DNA of 64,000 nucleotides from the NCBI GenBank assembly GCA_036172245.1, contig JAYWIR010000009.1, positions 4,960,001-5,024,000 on the forward strand, given 5' to 3'. The notes beneath the pieces were generated by a model. It was not told the DNA's origin. It worked only from the letters and a program-made list of their open reading frames with translations, and did not search any database. The first letter of the stretch is position 1. Each line of letters begins with the position of its first letter. Position numbers and translations under genes: made by a program. The stretch is from Raillietiella orientalis. Its lineage: Eukaryota. Positions 24,471 to 37,677 of the stretch are shown piece by piece.

Positions 24471-27236
24471 ATGCAATATCCAGAATGTGCAAGATTGGAA
24501 GAAAGTTATGAGTTGCATTCTGTTAAGGTAGCATTCGTGCTATGCTTTCAGGATTTACACAAAGCATTTGTAGATTCAAGATCCCTATTCCTGGCTAGAA
24601 AATCCAGACTCCACAGAGACCAGAAAATTTGTTGATGCCCAGAATGCGTTAACCATTCCATATTTGGAAAGTTGTAAAGATAGAGAAGCAATCAGGAAAG
24701 TGCTTTTTGATACTTGGAATTACCCCAGATATGGCTGTCCCAGCAAGAATGGAAATCATTACTTCTATCAGCATAATACAGGGTTACAGAATCAAAGGTA
24801 ATTAAAAAATAAGTGATGTTAAAACAAGTCGTTACCTGTGTAACGTTTCAGTGCGTTGTTAATGCAAAAAACAATCACATCAGAAGCTGAAGTTCTTTTG
24901 GATCCAAATCTTTTATCTCCAGATGGAACCATTGCTTTGGTTCAAACATCTTTTTCAAAAGATGGTGAAATTCTGTCTTACTGCTTGAGTGAATCTGGTT
25001 CTGACTGGATGCAAATCCGTTTTCGTAAAGTTAGCACTGGTGAAGATTTTGATGAGGTTTTGAAGTTTGTCAAGTTTTCTCACATGACTTGGACCCATGA
25101 TAATCAAGGAATATTCTATGGGGTGTGTATATTGGATTTATTTGGCAGAAGCTAAATTCTTTGCAGTGCTACAGACCTCAGAATAAAGCAGATGGCACGG
25201 AAACAGATCCTAGTGAAAATCAAAAATTATACTACCATCGAATAGGTACTTCTCAGGAAGAGGATGTTATGGTAGCTGAGTTCCCTGAAGAACCTAAGTG
25301 GATGATGTCTGTCTTTTAATTGGAAAGCTTGGAAATGGAAAAATTCATTTTTCAGAGGGGCAGAAGTCAGTGATTGTGGAAGGTACTTATTCATCTATCC
25401 TCACAAGGAATGTCGGGATAACATGGTATTTTATTCTGACATGAGTGTCTTACCAAATGGAATAACTGGAAAAATGTCATTTTCACCTATTGTGGATAAG
25501 CTTGAAGCTAATTTTGAGGTAAAGTAACCACTTTCCTAGTAGATTTTGTAACCACTTTCTAGTATGTGACAAATGATGGCACATATTGTCTCTTCCGTAC
25601 CAATAGAAATGCTGCTAATTATCATCTAGTAAATATTGATTTATCAAGTCCAGCTGAGGAAAACTGGCAAGTTTTAGTGCCTGAACATCCAGCCAATGTT
25701 CTGAATTGGGCAGTGTGTGCATGTGAAAATAAGTTAGTTATCTGTTACATTGAGAATGTCAAGGCAAGGTTACTAGCACCAAATATAAATCTTCATACAT
25801 TCTTCTGTGCTTGTAGAATGTTCTTCAGTTGTTTGACTTGGCAACAGGAGCTTGTGTATTTACTTTTCCCCTGGAGATGGGCTCTTTATTGGGATTTTCA
25901 GGAAGACGTGAATGCAGTGAAATCTTTTATTATTTTGCTTCCTTTCTAACTCCAGGAATTATTTATCATTGTGACTTGGCCCAGAACACATTGGAAATCA
26001 AGGTGATTTGAAATTCCATAGGATCAAACTGTATGAAAGTTTTAGGTATTCAAGGAAATCAAAGTTCCAGGAGTTAATGCTTCTGATTTTGTTACCAAGC
26101 AGATTTTTTATCCTAGCAAAGATGGCACTTCTATACCCATGTTCATCATTCATCAGAAGGTACCTTTCAACTGTGAAGGAATCTGAAGTAACGTTTTCCA
26201 GAGTCTCGAATTGAATGGTCAAGCACCTTGTCTTTTGTATGGATATGGAGGCTTTAATGTTAGTGTTAAGCCTGTGTTTGCAGTGTCCCGCTTAGTATTT
26301 ATGTTGCACCTGAATGGAGTGCTGGCAATTCCTAATATCCGGGGAGGAGGGTAAGTGTCATTGGTTCGCATGAGGTGGTTTTATGATGTCTACAGAGAGT
26401 ATGGCGAGAACTGGCATAAATCTGGAAGGTTATTACAGAAGCAGAATGTCTTTGATGATTTCCAGTGTGCTGCTGAGTACCTGATTCGAGAGAGGTACAC
26501 CTCAGCTAGATTGCTTACCATTCATGGTGCCTCAAATGGAGGTTTATTAGTTGGTGCTTGCATTAACCAAAGAGCTGATCTATTTGGTTGTGCTATCATA
26601 CAAGTAGGGTTAGTACTAACTACTACAGATTCTTTACTCATGTTTGCTTTGTGCTGGCCTCACAGAGTACTAGACATGCTCAAGTTTCACAGGTTCACAA
26701 TTGGCTATAGCTGGTGTTCAGATTATGGTGACCCTGATGAGTACTCACACTTCAGCAACCTTCTGAAATATTCACCACTGCACAATGTGAGGATTCCACC
26801 TGATGAGTCACAGGTAACTGTGCATGCAGCTTGCGTCTGCTTTGCTTATAAATGTATCCACCAGTATCCTGCTGTTTTGTTGCTTACTGGAGATCATGAT
26901 GATCGTGTTGTTCCACTGCACTCCTTGAAATTTATTGCAGAGTTGCAGCATGTTTTGGGACCACATCCAGCACAGGTAACTTCAAACCCTTGTAGCAATC
27001 AGTGCATTACTGTTGGAATCTGTAGACCAATCCCTTGTTAATTCGTGTGGATATTAAAGTAGGCCATGGTGGAGGGAAACCAATGATAAAAGTAGTAAGT
27101 AGCGAAAGGAATGCACGTTTTTTGCTGTTCCTGAATTGAGTCCGGCTGTGATACAATTCCGTGTGTTTTAGATCGAGGAGACCACGGATATCCTCAGCTT
27201 CATTATTCTGACATTGAAACTAAAATTTCGCCCATA
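24471..27236 (+). CDS. PREP: Prolyl oligopeptidase (prolyl endopeptidase, S9A), 14 exons
   Basis: [85 protein letters not shown]; catalytic motifs [20 protein letters not shown] and GHGGGKP. 13 short introns; stop TAA 27234-27236. An N-terminal extension upstream of 24471 is possible. Confidence 0.96.
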
Positions 27237-27956
27237 ATTTCAAATCAGTTTGAATCGCTACAGACCCATACAGGTCTGTTCACTGGAAGTTGATGCAAGT
27301 AAAAAATGCAAAAAACAAAAAAAAAGGGACGGATGTACGTCGAGCTTTCGTGGTTACATAAGAACTCATTTTGAAGTTTGTGAATTTCCCCTTTGAAAAT
27401 ATTGGAACACTCCCATTAAATAGTGAAACGTGTTCCCCAAATTTGGTCTGGGATGCCAAATTTGGCCGCTGCCGAAGTTTTTCGTTCTCCAAGTAACAGA
27501 ATGTAAATTATAATTTGATTCCAAATCCCCCCTTCCTCCTTTTTTGTTTCTCTTCCGTTAGTTATCGATAGTTTGATATAGTCATGTGTATACTATTTAT
27601 ACAATTTATATGGTTGTAGCCATAAGTGAACATGATCGTTCCATGCAGACCTTGCTTGCTTGAACGTCCGAGATGAGTGTTATGTTAACGCTATGTGTAA
27701 CCAGGGTTCCTCATAAATTTCGTATTGAAATATCTGCGTTTGAATTTCACAGACCTTCATTTGTTTCCTGTATTTAACTGGACTTTCCACGAGATTCGGT
27801 CCAGGCGGTCGTGCCGCAGAAACATCGAAGGCAACGTCCCCGAAATTTTTGGAAAGCGCTCAAGTGGGATCACCTCCGGCATGCGGGATAGGGCCGAACT
27901 GGTTTTTGCTGCTGATATGAGATTCCCCATCGATGTGAATGGGTGCTGAGCCCCGT

Positions 27957-28330
27957 TTAAAAGTTGAGGCCATTATTGAGAGGCGAAAATAGAAAAGGCG
28001 GATTTCTGTGCGCGGGAGAGGAGCACAAATGGAGCCGCTTTGGAAAATGAGATTGGTAAACGGTGCAGCGAGGGAGGCAGATTGCCGGGCTAAGCTCCTT
28101 AACTCGGCTGAGTAAGGCAGATGAATAGGGTGCTTTGCAAATGGAACAGGGAGAGCCGACTTTTTCCGTGCCAATCTCAAAAAGCAGGCAGGTCGTGCGA
28201 TGAGGCTCGCGAAAGAATGGCTGCAGTGCAAGAGGCACCTTGCACGAAGACCAAAGCAAAGGCTGGAATTCTTCAGCAAAAGTGAGCGAGGTGTAGGGGA
28301 CGACCTCCCAGCTGCTACCAGCATCGCTTA
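27957..28330 (-). mobile_element. LINE ORF2 C-terminal (zf-RVT-like) remnant
   Basis: PLLWSSCKVPLALQPF...H...GSPCSICKAP matches the W..P..F..H..CxxC layout of LINE C-termini. Confidence 0.4.
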
Positions 28331-29799
28331 AAGAGTGCCTGTCTCCAGGGAAAATCGATTTGATTGACGACAAACACCATCTTCACCGCCCCCTACCCAC
28401 ACGCTCAAGGCCGGTGGACGCTCAGAAGAGCAGATGCCACTGGCAAAGAGGTCGTCGCTGGCGTTCCCTGTGATCCTGCTTCGCTCCTGTGAAGCTGCTT
28501 TGGTGAATTCCCGCGTAGTTTGGGAAGCAGGGCTGTTTCTCACGCCTTTCACGGTTCCGCCTCCCTTTGGGTGTTGGACGCCACCGGCGGCGCTACGGAC
28601 GGTCTCTCTCCGAACGGCACTTTGGGCACTGGAGGCCGGCGGGCGATCGGCCTCCCGCGGGCCAAGGGGTGGAACACGCGGAACCGCCCCGACTCCCCTC
28701 GTGTTCCTCCCGTTGCTCAGGAAACGGCCCCTCTCCGCCGTCGCAGCGGAGCTTCCTACAGTCGAGTGGTACGCGCGCCATTTGGCACACAGGACCTTCC
28801 CGAGATGCTCCCATCAATCCAGAGCCAAATTAGCCCTCGGAAGATGAGTGAGGGTCAAGGTTCTTGGTGCCGGGTCTTTTGCAGGGGATTCTGCGGGACT
28901 TCCGGGGAGGAGTGAACCAGTCGCTCGTCTTCAGGAAGGTCAGTCGAGGGCGCTTGGCCGCGCGGCGCGATGGGGAAGGCGACAATCTCCCGCCGACTCG
29001 TTGCCGGCACCGCAGTCAAGTGCTCTCCCGTAGAAACTCGCAGGTCCGAGAGGCGAGCAGGATGTGGGTGCGGACATGCCCCTTCGTCCGTCCACTGGGA
29101 GTCACGTCCCCGTGCTAGCCGCGTCCTCGACTCCGCGACACCCTTCCAAGTGCCTCAGGGAGTAGGAAAGAGGGTCAGGCCCAAAGCCTTGATCTTCCGC
29201 TTTCAGCCTGCCCGTTCCAACCCTCCTGGCCGAGTCAGGGGGCGAGGGAATGGTCGCGCGCGGCGGCGCCGAGGACAGGGCGAGGTGCACTCACGGAATC
29301 GCCTCGGGCGGCGTTCGCCCTCTACACCTCTCTTTCCTTTGAGAAAGGTCAGCCCCCTCGGACGGCGGCGGGGTCCATCCTTCCAAGACGTGGCAGGTCC
29401 AACCGGGTCGAGAGGGCGCTCTGGCAGAGCACTCCCCTCTCCCACAAGCCCGGGCAGGTACCGGGAGACAGGGATAAGGGCGTCCCCTTCGTCCCCGTTC
29501 CCAGTGGCCCGAGGGCCCCGCAGGAAAAGTCGGAGTTCTCGGGTCACTGAGGACGGCATCCGAGGACAGGCGTGAAGATTCTCGGGAAGGAGAGGAAGAC
29601 ATGCTCCTGCCCTCTTGGTCGCAGCGTCCGCCCGAAGGGTCGGTGGCGCGGTGGGCCCCTTGATGTGTGGCGATCCCGTAATCCCTCCGCCGGAATGTGT
29701 CGGAGTTCCGGAGGGGAGGGATCAGGGAAGAAGGAGGGGGGAAGCCCGCAACAACTCAGCATCAACGTCTGGACCACTGCCTTTAATCCGATGGTCGAA

Positions 29800-30600
29800 T
29801 CCGCGGGTGGGGAGAGTGACTCCCAAGTTCCTTCTCGTGAAAAGACCCCAAGGTCCCCCGGAGGGGGATGGAAGCTGGGCGATGGAGCGGCAGTGGAGCA
29901 CTCCAGGCGATGGGCCCGTCCTTTCCTCTGCAGCTTCCTGGAGACGCTGGCAAAGGAGGAAAAGTAGGGTGGTAACTTTGCTTCCGATTTCCAGTTCCTG
30001 CGGCCATCCTGGTCTCCGCCCGAACGGGGACTCGCGCTTCCTGCCCCACCTCGGACATCGCTGGCCTACGGGTTGGCCTCGTTGCTCGGGCGACTGAAAC
30101 GTTTGCTGCGATTCGCAGGGCACGGTGGAAAAGCCTTCGGCCTCCCCAATCCACTTGACCACGGTGACCTCCGTCCTCTCCGCCTTCCTCCGCTGGTCTG
30201 TTCGCGCCAGCGCACGGAGACAGGGAGGGAAGAACGGGGGAGCAGCTCCCTCGCGCTCAGTGGCCGCTTCGTCTCTCCTTTCCTCCGCTGCACTATCTCT
30301 TCTCCCCACCCCGGGAACGGGTCCGAAAGCAAGGGAACCTTCCTCCTGCGCCCATAGATCCCCTTTTGCGAGGGTCTGGTCGCCGCAGACGCGAGTCTCT
30401 CTGCAGAAGCTGAAGGCCGGGAGTCTTCGGCAACGCTTTCCTGCCTTCCTCCCCCACCATCCCTGGGAAGGCCTGCCCAACGTTAAGAGTGAGGTGGAAA
30501 GCAACTGGTCCGCCACCCACCCCTGAAGGTCTGAAGGGCTCTTCAAGGACGTCCTGAGGACGCCCACAGCCGGATGAGGCCCCTGGAGTGATGCAGGGAG
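29800..30600 (+). mobile_element. Decayed L1-type RT remnant
   Basis: Colinear KTPRSPGGG, VVTLLPI, ASLLGRLKRLLRFAGHGGKAFGLP and RVRKQGNLPP across frames. Confidence 0.45.
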
Positions 30601-30749
30601 CTTCCCTCAGACCCACATGGAAGGACTCCGAGGACGACGGGTACTGGAAGACTCAAAGACGAGGATGGGTGAGGGAAGGGGCATACTTCCGCCCCCTTAC
30701 ATAAACCCCTTTCCCTCCCCTCTATCCCCTCCGAGAAGTATAAAGAGGC

Positions 30750-31920
30750 GGAAGAAGGACCTCCTGAGAATCGCCCTCTGGGGTACGGGGAGTCCGCCAG
30801 AAGGACTTTTGCGTCACGCGCCGCAACGGAGGCTGCGGCCTTCTGACGCTGGAGCGGCAGCTTCAGTGGGGGAGGCTTGCGCTAGTGGCGAAACTTTGAA
30901 GCACCAATTGGTGAGAGCCCACACGATACCTGGTGAAGCCAGCCACCGGATACGTGGGACCGTCTTCGTTCCTGGCACGGCGGAGTCGACGCACCGTGTC
31001 CAGCTGCGGACTGGAACTCCGGCTAGTGGCCAAGGGGACCAACAACTGGATCTCCTGCTGATCCGCGAACGGTAGTGCCTGGTTGCTGGACACCGTTCGC
31101 ACGTGATCCAGGAACAACGCAGCGAGCCCGGAGATGCCATTATGCAGTGCACCACGCGTGCGTGGTCACAACGAACCTCCCTAGCAGCGGCACTGCCCTC
31201 CCTCAGGGAACACTTGGGAAGTAACCATCCGGCCAAATGGGGGAATCTGATGTGAGATCGGAGGAAGAGCAAAGGAATTACGTGGTTGGAACACGGGCCA
31301 GCTCACGGACGTTGCTACCCAAAGTGCCCCACCGAAAGCACTATAGCGCTGGGGTGAGCTGAAGCGAATCCCAAGAAAGACCTCGAGTGGTCTCCAGCGC
31401 AGAAGAGCAATCGGTCCTTCTCTTCAAAATGGCAGTAGTCAGCACTTCTGGTGTTTCACTGAGGTATCCCTTGCAACACCCGCCGATCTCTCCTCTCGCA
31501 AAGGACCCCAACTATCGCAGGTGCTGGGAATGGGAGTCCCTCCCGCACATGCTACGCGAGAAGAGGACGGCGCGATAGGGACGCCATCTGCTTCGCCCTG
31601 AGCTCCCTGAGGACGGCAGCAAGATGGCTCCACCTGGGTCATAGTCAGATGCAACTTGCCGGCATCCTGGAAAGGATGCGGAGGACTTTCTGCAGCGGCC
31701 GCTTATCTCTTTCCGTGCCCTACACAGTTTTTTTTTTTTTATTATTGATTTTTACTTCTGTTTGCCCCCCCCCCCCCTCCGCTGACGAGGCGAACCTCGC
31801 CAGCCTGCGTGCCGGTTCCTCGGCAGGTTCCGAGCGTTTTCGGACAGTGTAGCGTTGATGGCCCTACACATGTATGTTTATTATTCTTCATAATAAACGT
31901 CCCGGTGTGAACGGGTGATA
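30750..31920 (+). mobile_element. Family B L1/Tx1-type element, 3' portion
   Basis: KDLLRIALWG, LAGILERM, T-rich 3' UTR, CTGCGT-loop hairpin at 31799-31816, and AATAAA (31892) followed by CCCG..CGGG. Confidence 0.8.
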
Positions 31921-33209
31921 AACCTCGATGCCCTTCTCAGCCAGGGTGGGCGACTAGGGATCAAGTTCAAAAGGGCATCCGGCCACGAAGGACGTCCGGC
32001 AACCGGGACTCCACTCGAACCGGTCATGCTTGGTTCTCTCACGCTCCCCTCTCCCCTTTTCTGAGAGGGCGCCATGCGCAGCGCGGCGCAAAGAGGGGGA
32101 GCGGTTGCAGCTTCTTTTCTCCTCCTACTCGGCTCGTGCCAACGCGCGCCGCCGGGATCCTCGTCGGCGGAAGGAAAACGCAACAATGCAGCGAGCAAGT
32201 TGCACTAGCAACAGAGAGGCTCCACGACGGGAATCGTCTCCACAACGCGACGGTCACCCAGCAACGCAGCCGAGGGCGACGGTGCTCCACACAGCCATAA
32301 TGCTTCTCTCGACAATGCGGCGCTGCGCAACAATGCTGCTGGAGCAGCATTGTTGCGTAGCACCCCAGTTATCCGTGCCCCGACTGCGCGAGGTGCTCCC
32401 GCAGCGTGTTTGCCGTCCCCACGGTAGCGCGCAACAACGAGGGGCGTCGGGCGCTGTCGGAGACGCGCGCGCGCCAGGACGAGCGGTCATCTGTAGGTGG
32501 GAAGCCTCCCTGGTATCGCGCGCGGCCCCCCTCCCCCCCCTCTGCCGAGGGCATCCCGAGACGAGAGCCCTCAGCCGTCCTGCCGCGCTACCACCTCCCA
32601 GGGAGTGTCCGACGTGGCGACGGAGGGAGTGCCGAGGCGCGTGCTCGGTGAGCCTCTTTTATTGCATCCCTGCGCTGAGTCTCGTCAGCTTTCGATGCCA
32701 CCTTCTCCCGCCTTCTCCCTGTGTGCGCGGGGAGTCCGCTGTTGCGTGGCTCCGCCCACGCAGCCGAACCAGAGGTTTCTCGTCCGCGAGTCTCCGCCCT
32801 TCCGACCTCAACTCCCCCGGGGGTTCGGGAGGGCGGGCTTACTCCCCGTTCGGCACCGTCCTCAAGCGGGGAGAGTGCGTCTCCGCCGTGACGTTCACGT
32901 CCGACTGGTTCCATCGCTTCCATCGCCCTTTGGTGACTGGCGGGAGCGATCGGCCTCAAGCAGAAGGGGTCGGGATGAAGCGGGGGGCTTTCTGGGATCG
33001 TCTCGACTCCGCTTTCCCCTCGGGGCAGGAAAAAGAGCGGCCCCAGAGGCGGAAGGCCTGCCGGCGTCCGGTCTTCGGTGACTCCTTGAAAGCAGCGACG
33101 ACGGCTCCCTCACGGGAGAGCGGTCAGGAGCACCTTGAAGGAGCGAAGAACCAGCCCGGGCAATAAGGCGGGCCCCCCACTCTCGTGAGTCAATGCTGGA
33201 AGTACCGGG

Positions 33210-34375
33210 TCAGCCTCTCTGAGGAAGAAAAAGGGGTGTAGAGGGAGGGGTTCGAGGCCAGAGCCCCGAGCGTTGCCTGGTGGGAGAGGCGCTTCCTACC
33301 TGTCGGCACAGCGGGCGCCCTCCAGTGAGGCCGGGAGCGTTGGGGGTACAGAGGGGTGGGCTTTCGCCGGGAAGCGGGATGAGGACGTGGCAGTAGGCGA
33401 CCGGACGGGCCGCCGCCTCGGTGACGAACCGACCCGCGAACTTTGCCAGGGGGAAGTGGGTTCTTCGAGGAAAATCCCCTCCGGGGAAGACGGCGCGGCG
33501 GCAGCGGCAGGAGCAGCGCGGGAGTGGAGGAGCGGCCGGGAGCAGGGAGTGCGGGAGAGGGCCGCAGGGCGGGGGAAGCACAGACGAGGCACCCCGCAGG
33601 AAGGGGCCAGCCGCTCCTGCTCGGCGTGCGCCCTCCTGCGGAGAGTGGAGGCGGCGGCTTCTGCGGTCCAGAACAGCCTCCCTCAGCCTCAGCGTCCAGT
33701 CCTCGACGGATCCTGTTCCTCCCCCACGCAGGAGAAGCCTGTGCGGTGACCCGACCCGAGCACTCTTGCGCAGGGTCACCAGCAGGACCGGCTTCAGGCG
33801 AGAGACGCCCAGCAGGGCAACCGACTCGACGTCCATCAGGCTGATCTGCAAAGAGGTGTGCCAGGTGACCATCGACCGCCGTCCCCCGTGCCCCTGGGGT
33901 TCGGCTGACCTGGTAGACGAAGCCGCCCATCGCCAGAAACTTCTCTCCGGCTCTCTCGAAGCAGGTCAGGTATCCGGGGGTCAGCACGAAGTAGCGCTCC
34001 TTCCAGCGGCTGAGCGACCACTTGCGCCGTTGCCACAGCAACCCTTTCTTCAGGCAGGGGCAGGGCTCGTCGACCGCAGGGGGAGACCCCGGGGCGAAGT
34101 CGTCCTGAAACACTGGAAGGCGGAGAGACGCGCAGGGGCGGGGCGACCGCGGAAGGGGCTGCGGGCAGTACCCTTGCCCCCCCCCCCCTGATTCCAAGGC
34201 CTCCTCGGGCATTCCCGAACCACCCAAGGCGGCAGGCGTGCCCGGAGAGTCCCTGGAGACTGTGAGCCTCCCCTGTGGTGCTGGGGGCCGTCGTGGTCTC
34301 GGGCGGCGTCACTCGAGGAGGGACGAGCCTGCCGAGCAGGTAGGGTGCCCCTCCAGCCGGGCGGGTCGGTGCCAC
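33210..34375 (-). CDS. PH-domain-containing protein (spliced; 5' end unresolved)
   Basis: Exon 33910-34104 (LKKGLLWQRRKWSLSRWKERYFVLTPGYLTCFER..MGGFVYQ) joins through GT-AG intron 33846-33909 to ISLMDVESVALL...LLVTL...LLLRGGGTGSVEDWTLRLREAV, giving PH strands plus the C-terminal Trp helix. A further GT-AG intron lies at 34105-34171. Confidence 0.8.
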
Positions 34376-36438
34376 GAAGCGGAAGAGGCATTGCAGGGTG
34401 GCGGCGCAGCAGGGGGTCGAAGGGGGTCACGAGGGAAGGGAGCGAGGCGATTCGAGCCGAAGTTCAGAAGGGGCGGCGCCTTCAAAATCGCCTTGGATTT
34501 TGAATTTCCGAAAGGAAATTTAAATTTTGCGTTCCGCGGGTCAAAATGGCGACGGGAGTGCATGCGGGAATGGGAGAAGGGGAGCGGGGGAGGCAAACTG
34601 ACTGGAAGAGGCGGCGATGCCCACCTGGAATGTCTTCTAGCTCGGGAAGCGGCCGCGCTGAAGCCTCTCGTTGCCCACCAGCGAGGACAAGCGGGATCGA
34701 GCCCCTCCCACCATGACCTGTAGGGAACGTGGCGGCGCTCGAGCTACTTCCGGCGTGCGAACGACGCCTCTTCCGCCCACCCGCGCGCTGACCCCCTCTC
34801 CTTGCCCCTCGGGTCGGCCTCTGAGGCACCGGAAGCGATCCACCAACACGGGGCGACGAGCATGAGCGTGCGCCCGTGACGTTGCTGCTCGCGCGTTCTG
34901 AGGGGAGCCAAGCGCTAAAGATAAAGCTTCCGGGCGCGGGCGTCGAACTCCTCCTCTCGCAAACGGAGGAAACAGAAGAGCAAGTCTGGAGAGATGCAGT
35001 TGAATCGATGATCCGGGCCTTCTGTCCGAGACGGGTTCCTGCCCTGCCCCTCCTTGCGCGCGAGGGAGTGCAAGAGCGTGGTTTTCAAGCGAACGCCAGT
35101 CGGGCGGAAAAAGGGAAAGCGAAGAAACCGAGGGGCGTGGCAGCCACTTCGTCGCGGTCCCGTCGCCTAGCTCGTAGCAGGGCACGCGAGGCGCCGCTTC
35201 CCCTTTTCGCTCCTCGCTCCTGTACACCTGCTTCATTCCCACCTCGGTCCTGGGGCAGAGGAAGGGAGTCCACCTGCCTTCTCCGAAATGCGTCCTGCGG
35301 CGGCGAGCCACGGGAGGGGAGTCGCTGCCCTTCCCAGTCGCCGAATCACCGCCGGCGTGGGGCGCGCGACTTCGCTCTGCTTTTCTCCTCCGCTTTCCCA
35401 GTGCGAAAGGACCACGCGTCGGGGAAATTTCCGCACGCCGATTGGCCCACCGCTGCTGCGACCGGCTTTGACCCGCGGCGATCGGCACTCCGCTATTGGC
35501 GACGATGTCCCCCTGCTCGTGCAGGCGCACGCTCCTATCCCTGCACGACGAGCGGGGCATCCCACCCGCCGGAGTGCTCAGTTCCCTCTCTCTCGCGCGC
35601 GAGCGATCTCTGTGTGTGCCCGCTGCGCTGACGCGCCCTTCGCCCACCGGGGAGAGACCCAAAGCTGCTCCCGTGATGCGGGGAAGAAAGATGGCGGCAG
35701 TGCCTTGTTGGTTTCGCGACGTGCTGCTTCCCGCACGAGGGTCGGCCGTCATCCACGTCCCCGCTTGATCCACTGAGGCGAACCTTCCTCATGGGGAGGA
35801 CATTCATCCTGAAGGATTATCGGCCTTCGTCGGAGTAAGGGGCTCAAATGGATATCGATGGCCTACACGCTTTCGCTGCGTGGAGAGCGGGGACTGAGGT
35901 GTCGGAAGACGAAACGGGGACTGGCAGATTCGGGGGAGCGATAAATTCAAAGTGCTGACGTTTCCAGAATACTTTCAGGCCTCTCGCGAGAATTATGACG
36001 TCAATCCGGTGGATCAAACCCGGGGCTCCTTCGAGGCCACAGGAAAATCTCGGGATGCAGTTTTTGCTGCCGAGTCCCATTTTATGAGTTCCAACGTCAA
36101 CGAAACTCCCATCTTCCGGCTCAAAGATTGCGCGCAGAGAGGAGGAAGGAGCGACTCTCGAGCGCCTCGAGATATCTCCTCTAAGCCTTCGCAGCTCAAC
36201 CGTTACGAGTTCCTTCTTCAAAGCACCCTGGGCGGCGGCGGAAGTCGGGATCCGCCGCGGTGGCAACCCTGCCGCCCTCGCCTGCTGGCGAGGAATTTCG
36301 AGGGCTGCGCAGCTGCAAGCGGACGGTGGAAACGAAAGCTCCGTCTGCTCTGCGGAAGAACAGGACGAAGAGCCGCAATCAAGGACCAAATTTTGCAGTT
36401 TCCCTCCGAAGCAGACCACCGCCGCAGAACGCGGACGC

Positions 36439-37677
36439 GCATGGCAACGACAAAATGGCTGCCTCCATCGTGCGGCGCGCCAATCAGTCCAGAGCGACGC
36501 GGCGGCGCGGACGGATCTCCGTTCACTGCTCGAGGGGCAGTTGAGCTGTTTTTTTTTTTTTTTTTCCTCTTAAAAAGGAAAAGAAAAGAACACATGGTTG
36601 ATTTTCGCTCCTCCCAAGCCCCCGCGGATGGGAAGCGGCGCGTTTTTGTGCGACGAGAACGATAATTTCCACAAAACTCCAAACTCCTTTTTGTTGCTTA
36701 CTGTTAGTTTTCAACTTGAACAACGGATAAAAACTTTTCGTTCCCACCCTCCCTCCCCCTTTTTCTAGTTTCAATGGGAACTGATGTAAAGTTCTGCTGC
36801 CATGACATTTTAAGATGCACTTTTCTCTTTTTCGAGCATTCTCATGTGTGACCACGTAGGGCTCGTATAACGCGAAACCTGCGTTGTACTGCGTTTTAAT
36901 TCATCCCGTTTTAAAGGGACACGCGCTTCGAATGCAATGCGTTCGAAAAGGAGGAGGAGGAAGAGAAATGCGCGCTGCTGCTTCCGTCGTTCCACTGAGG
37001 ATGAAGCCGCATCTGGGAGCTACCTTGGAAATGAAATGGTGCCACCAGTGGGAAACCCTGGAGCTTTCCAGTTCCAGGAGTTCAGGTGCGGATGGGCACG
37101 CATTTGCTGGTCCGAAAAGAGGAAAGGAAATCCTGCGGAGCCGAAGGTGCTGACGCTGTCGAACGCGTCGGGCGGGGCCTCGCCTTTTGCTTCCGGCGAG
37201 TCCAGCTGGTTGCCAGTTCCTCACGCAAAACCAGCTTACGACAGCGCGATCCCATCATCCTCTAGTGTACAGCGGGATGGGAGCTCTCCGGCGACTTCCC
37301 GGCATGGGCCTGCGTTATCAGATGAATCCAAGCGAGCTAACGGGTGATGAATTTGCACGCAGCGCCAAACCTGCTCGAGATTTCGCGAAGCTTCTGGTGA
37401 CGCAAGGGAGCGTGCCGGTGTCACGTTTGCACTGCAGGCGCGGAAGGGTCGCTTCGACCTTCTTGTAAAGGGAGGTGGTCACGCGCCTGAGTGGATCGGG
37501 CGCGATGCGAGATCGGGGCTGCACCCGCGCATCAAGACGGTGGGTCAGGTGGTTCGACGCTTGTCAGTTGCTTCGACGGCCTCCACCTTCGCGCCACTTT
37601 TGAATGGTCGAGAAGAGCAGCGCAGAAGACCACCGCCGCGCCACACGATGGGGGCAGCCGTTTCGTCGTTGCCATGC
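36439..37677. repeat. Pair of ~41-bp inverted repeats (36439-36479 and 37637-37677)
   Basis: GCATGGCAACGACAAAATGGCTGCCTCCATCGTGCGGCGCG versus reverse complement GCATGGCAACGACGAAACGGCTGCCCCCATCGTGTGGCGCG (4 mismatches). Confidence 0.8.
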
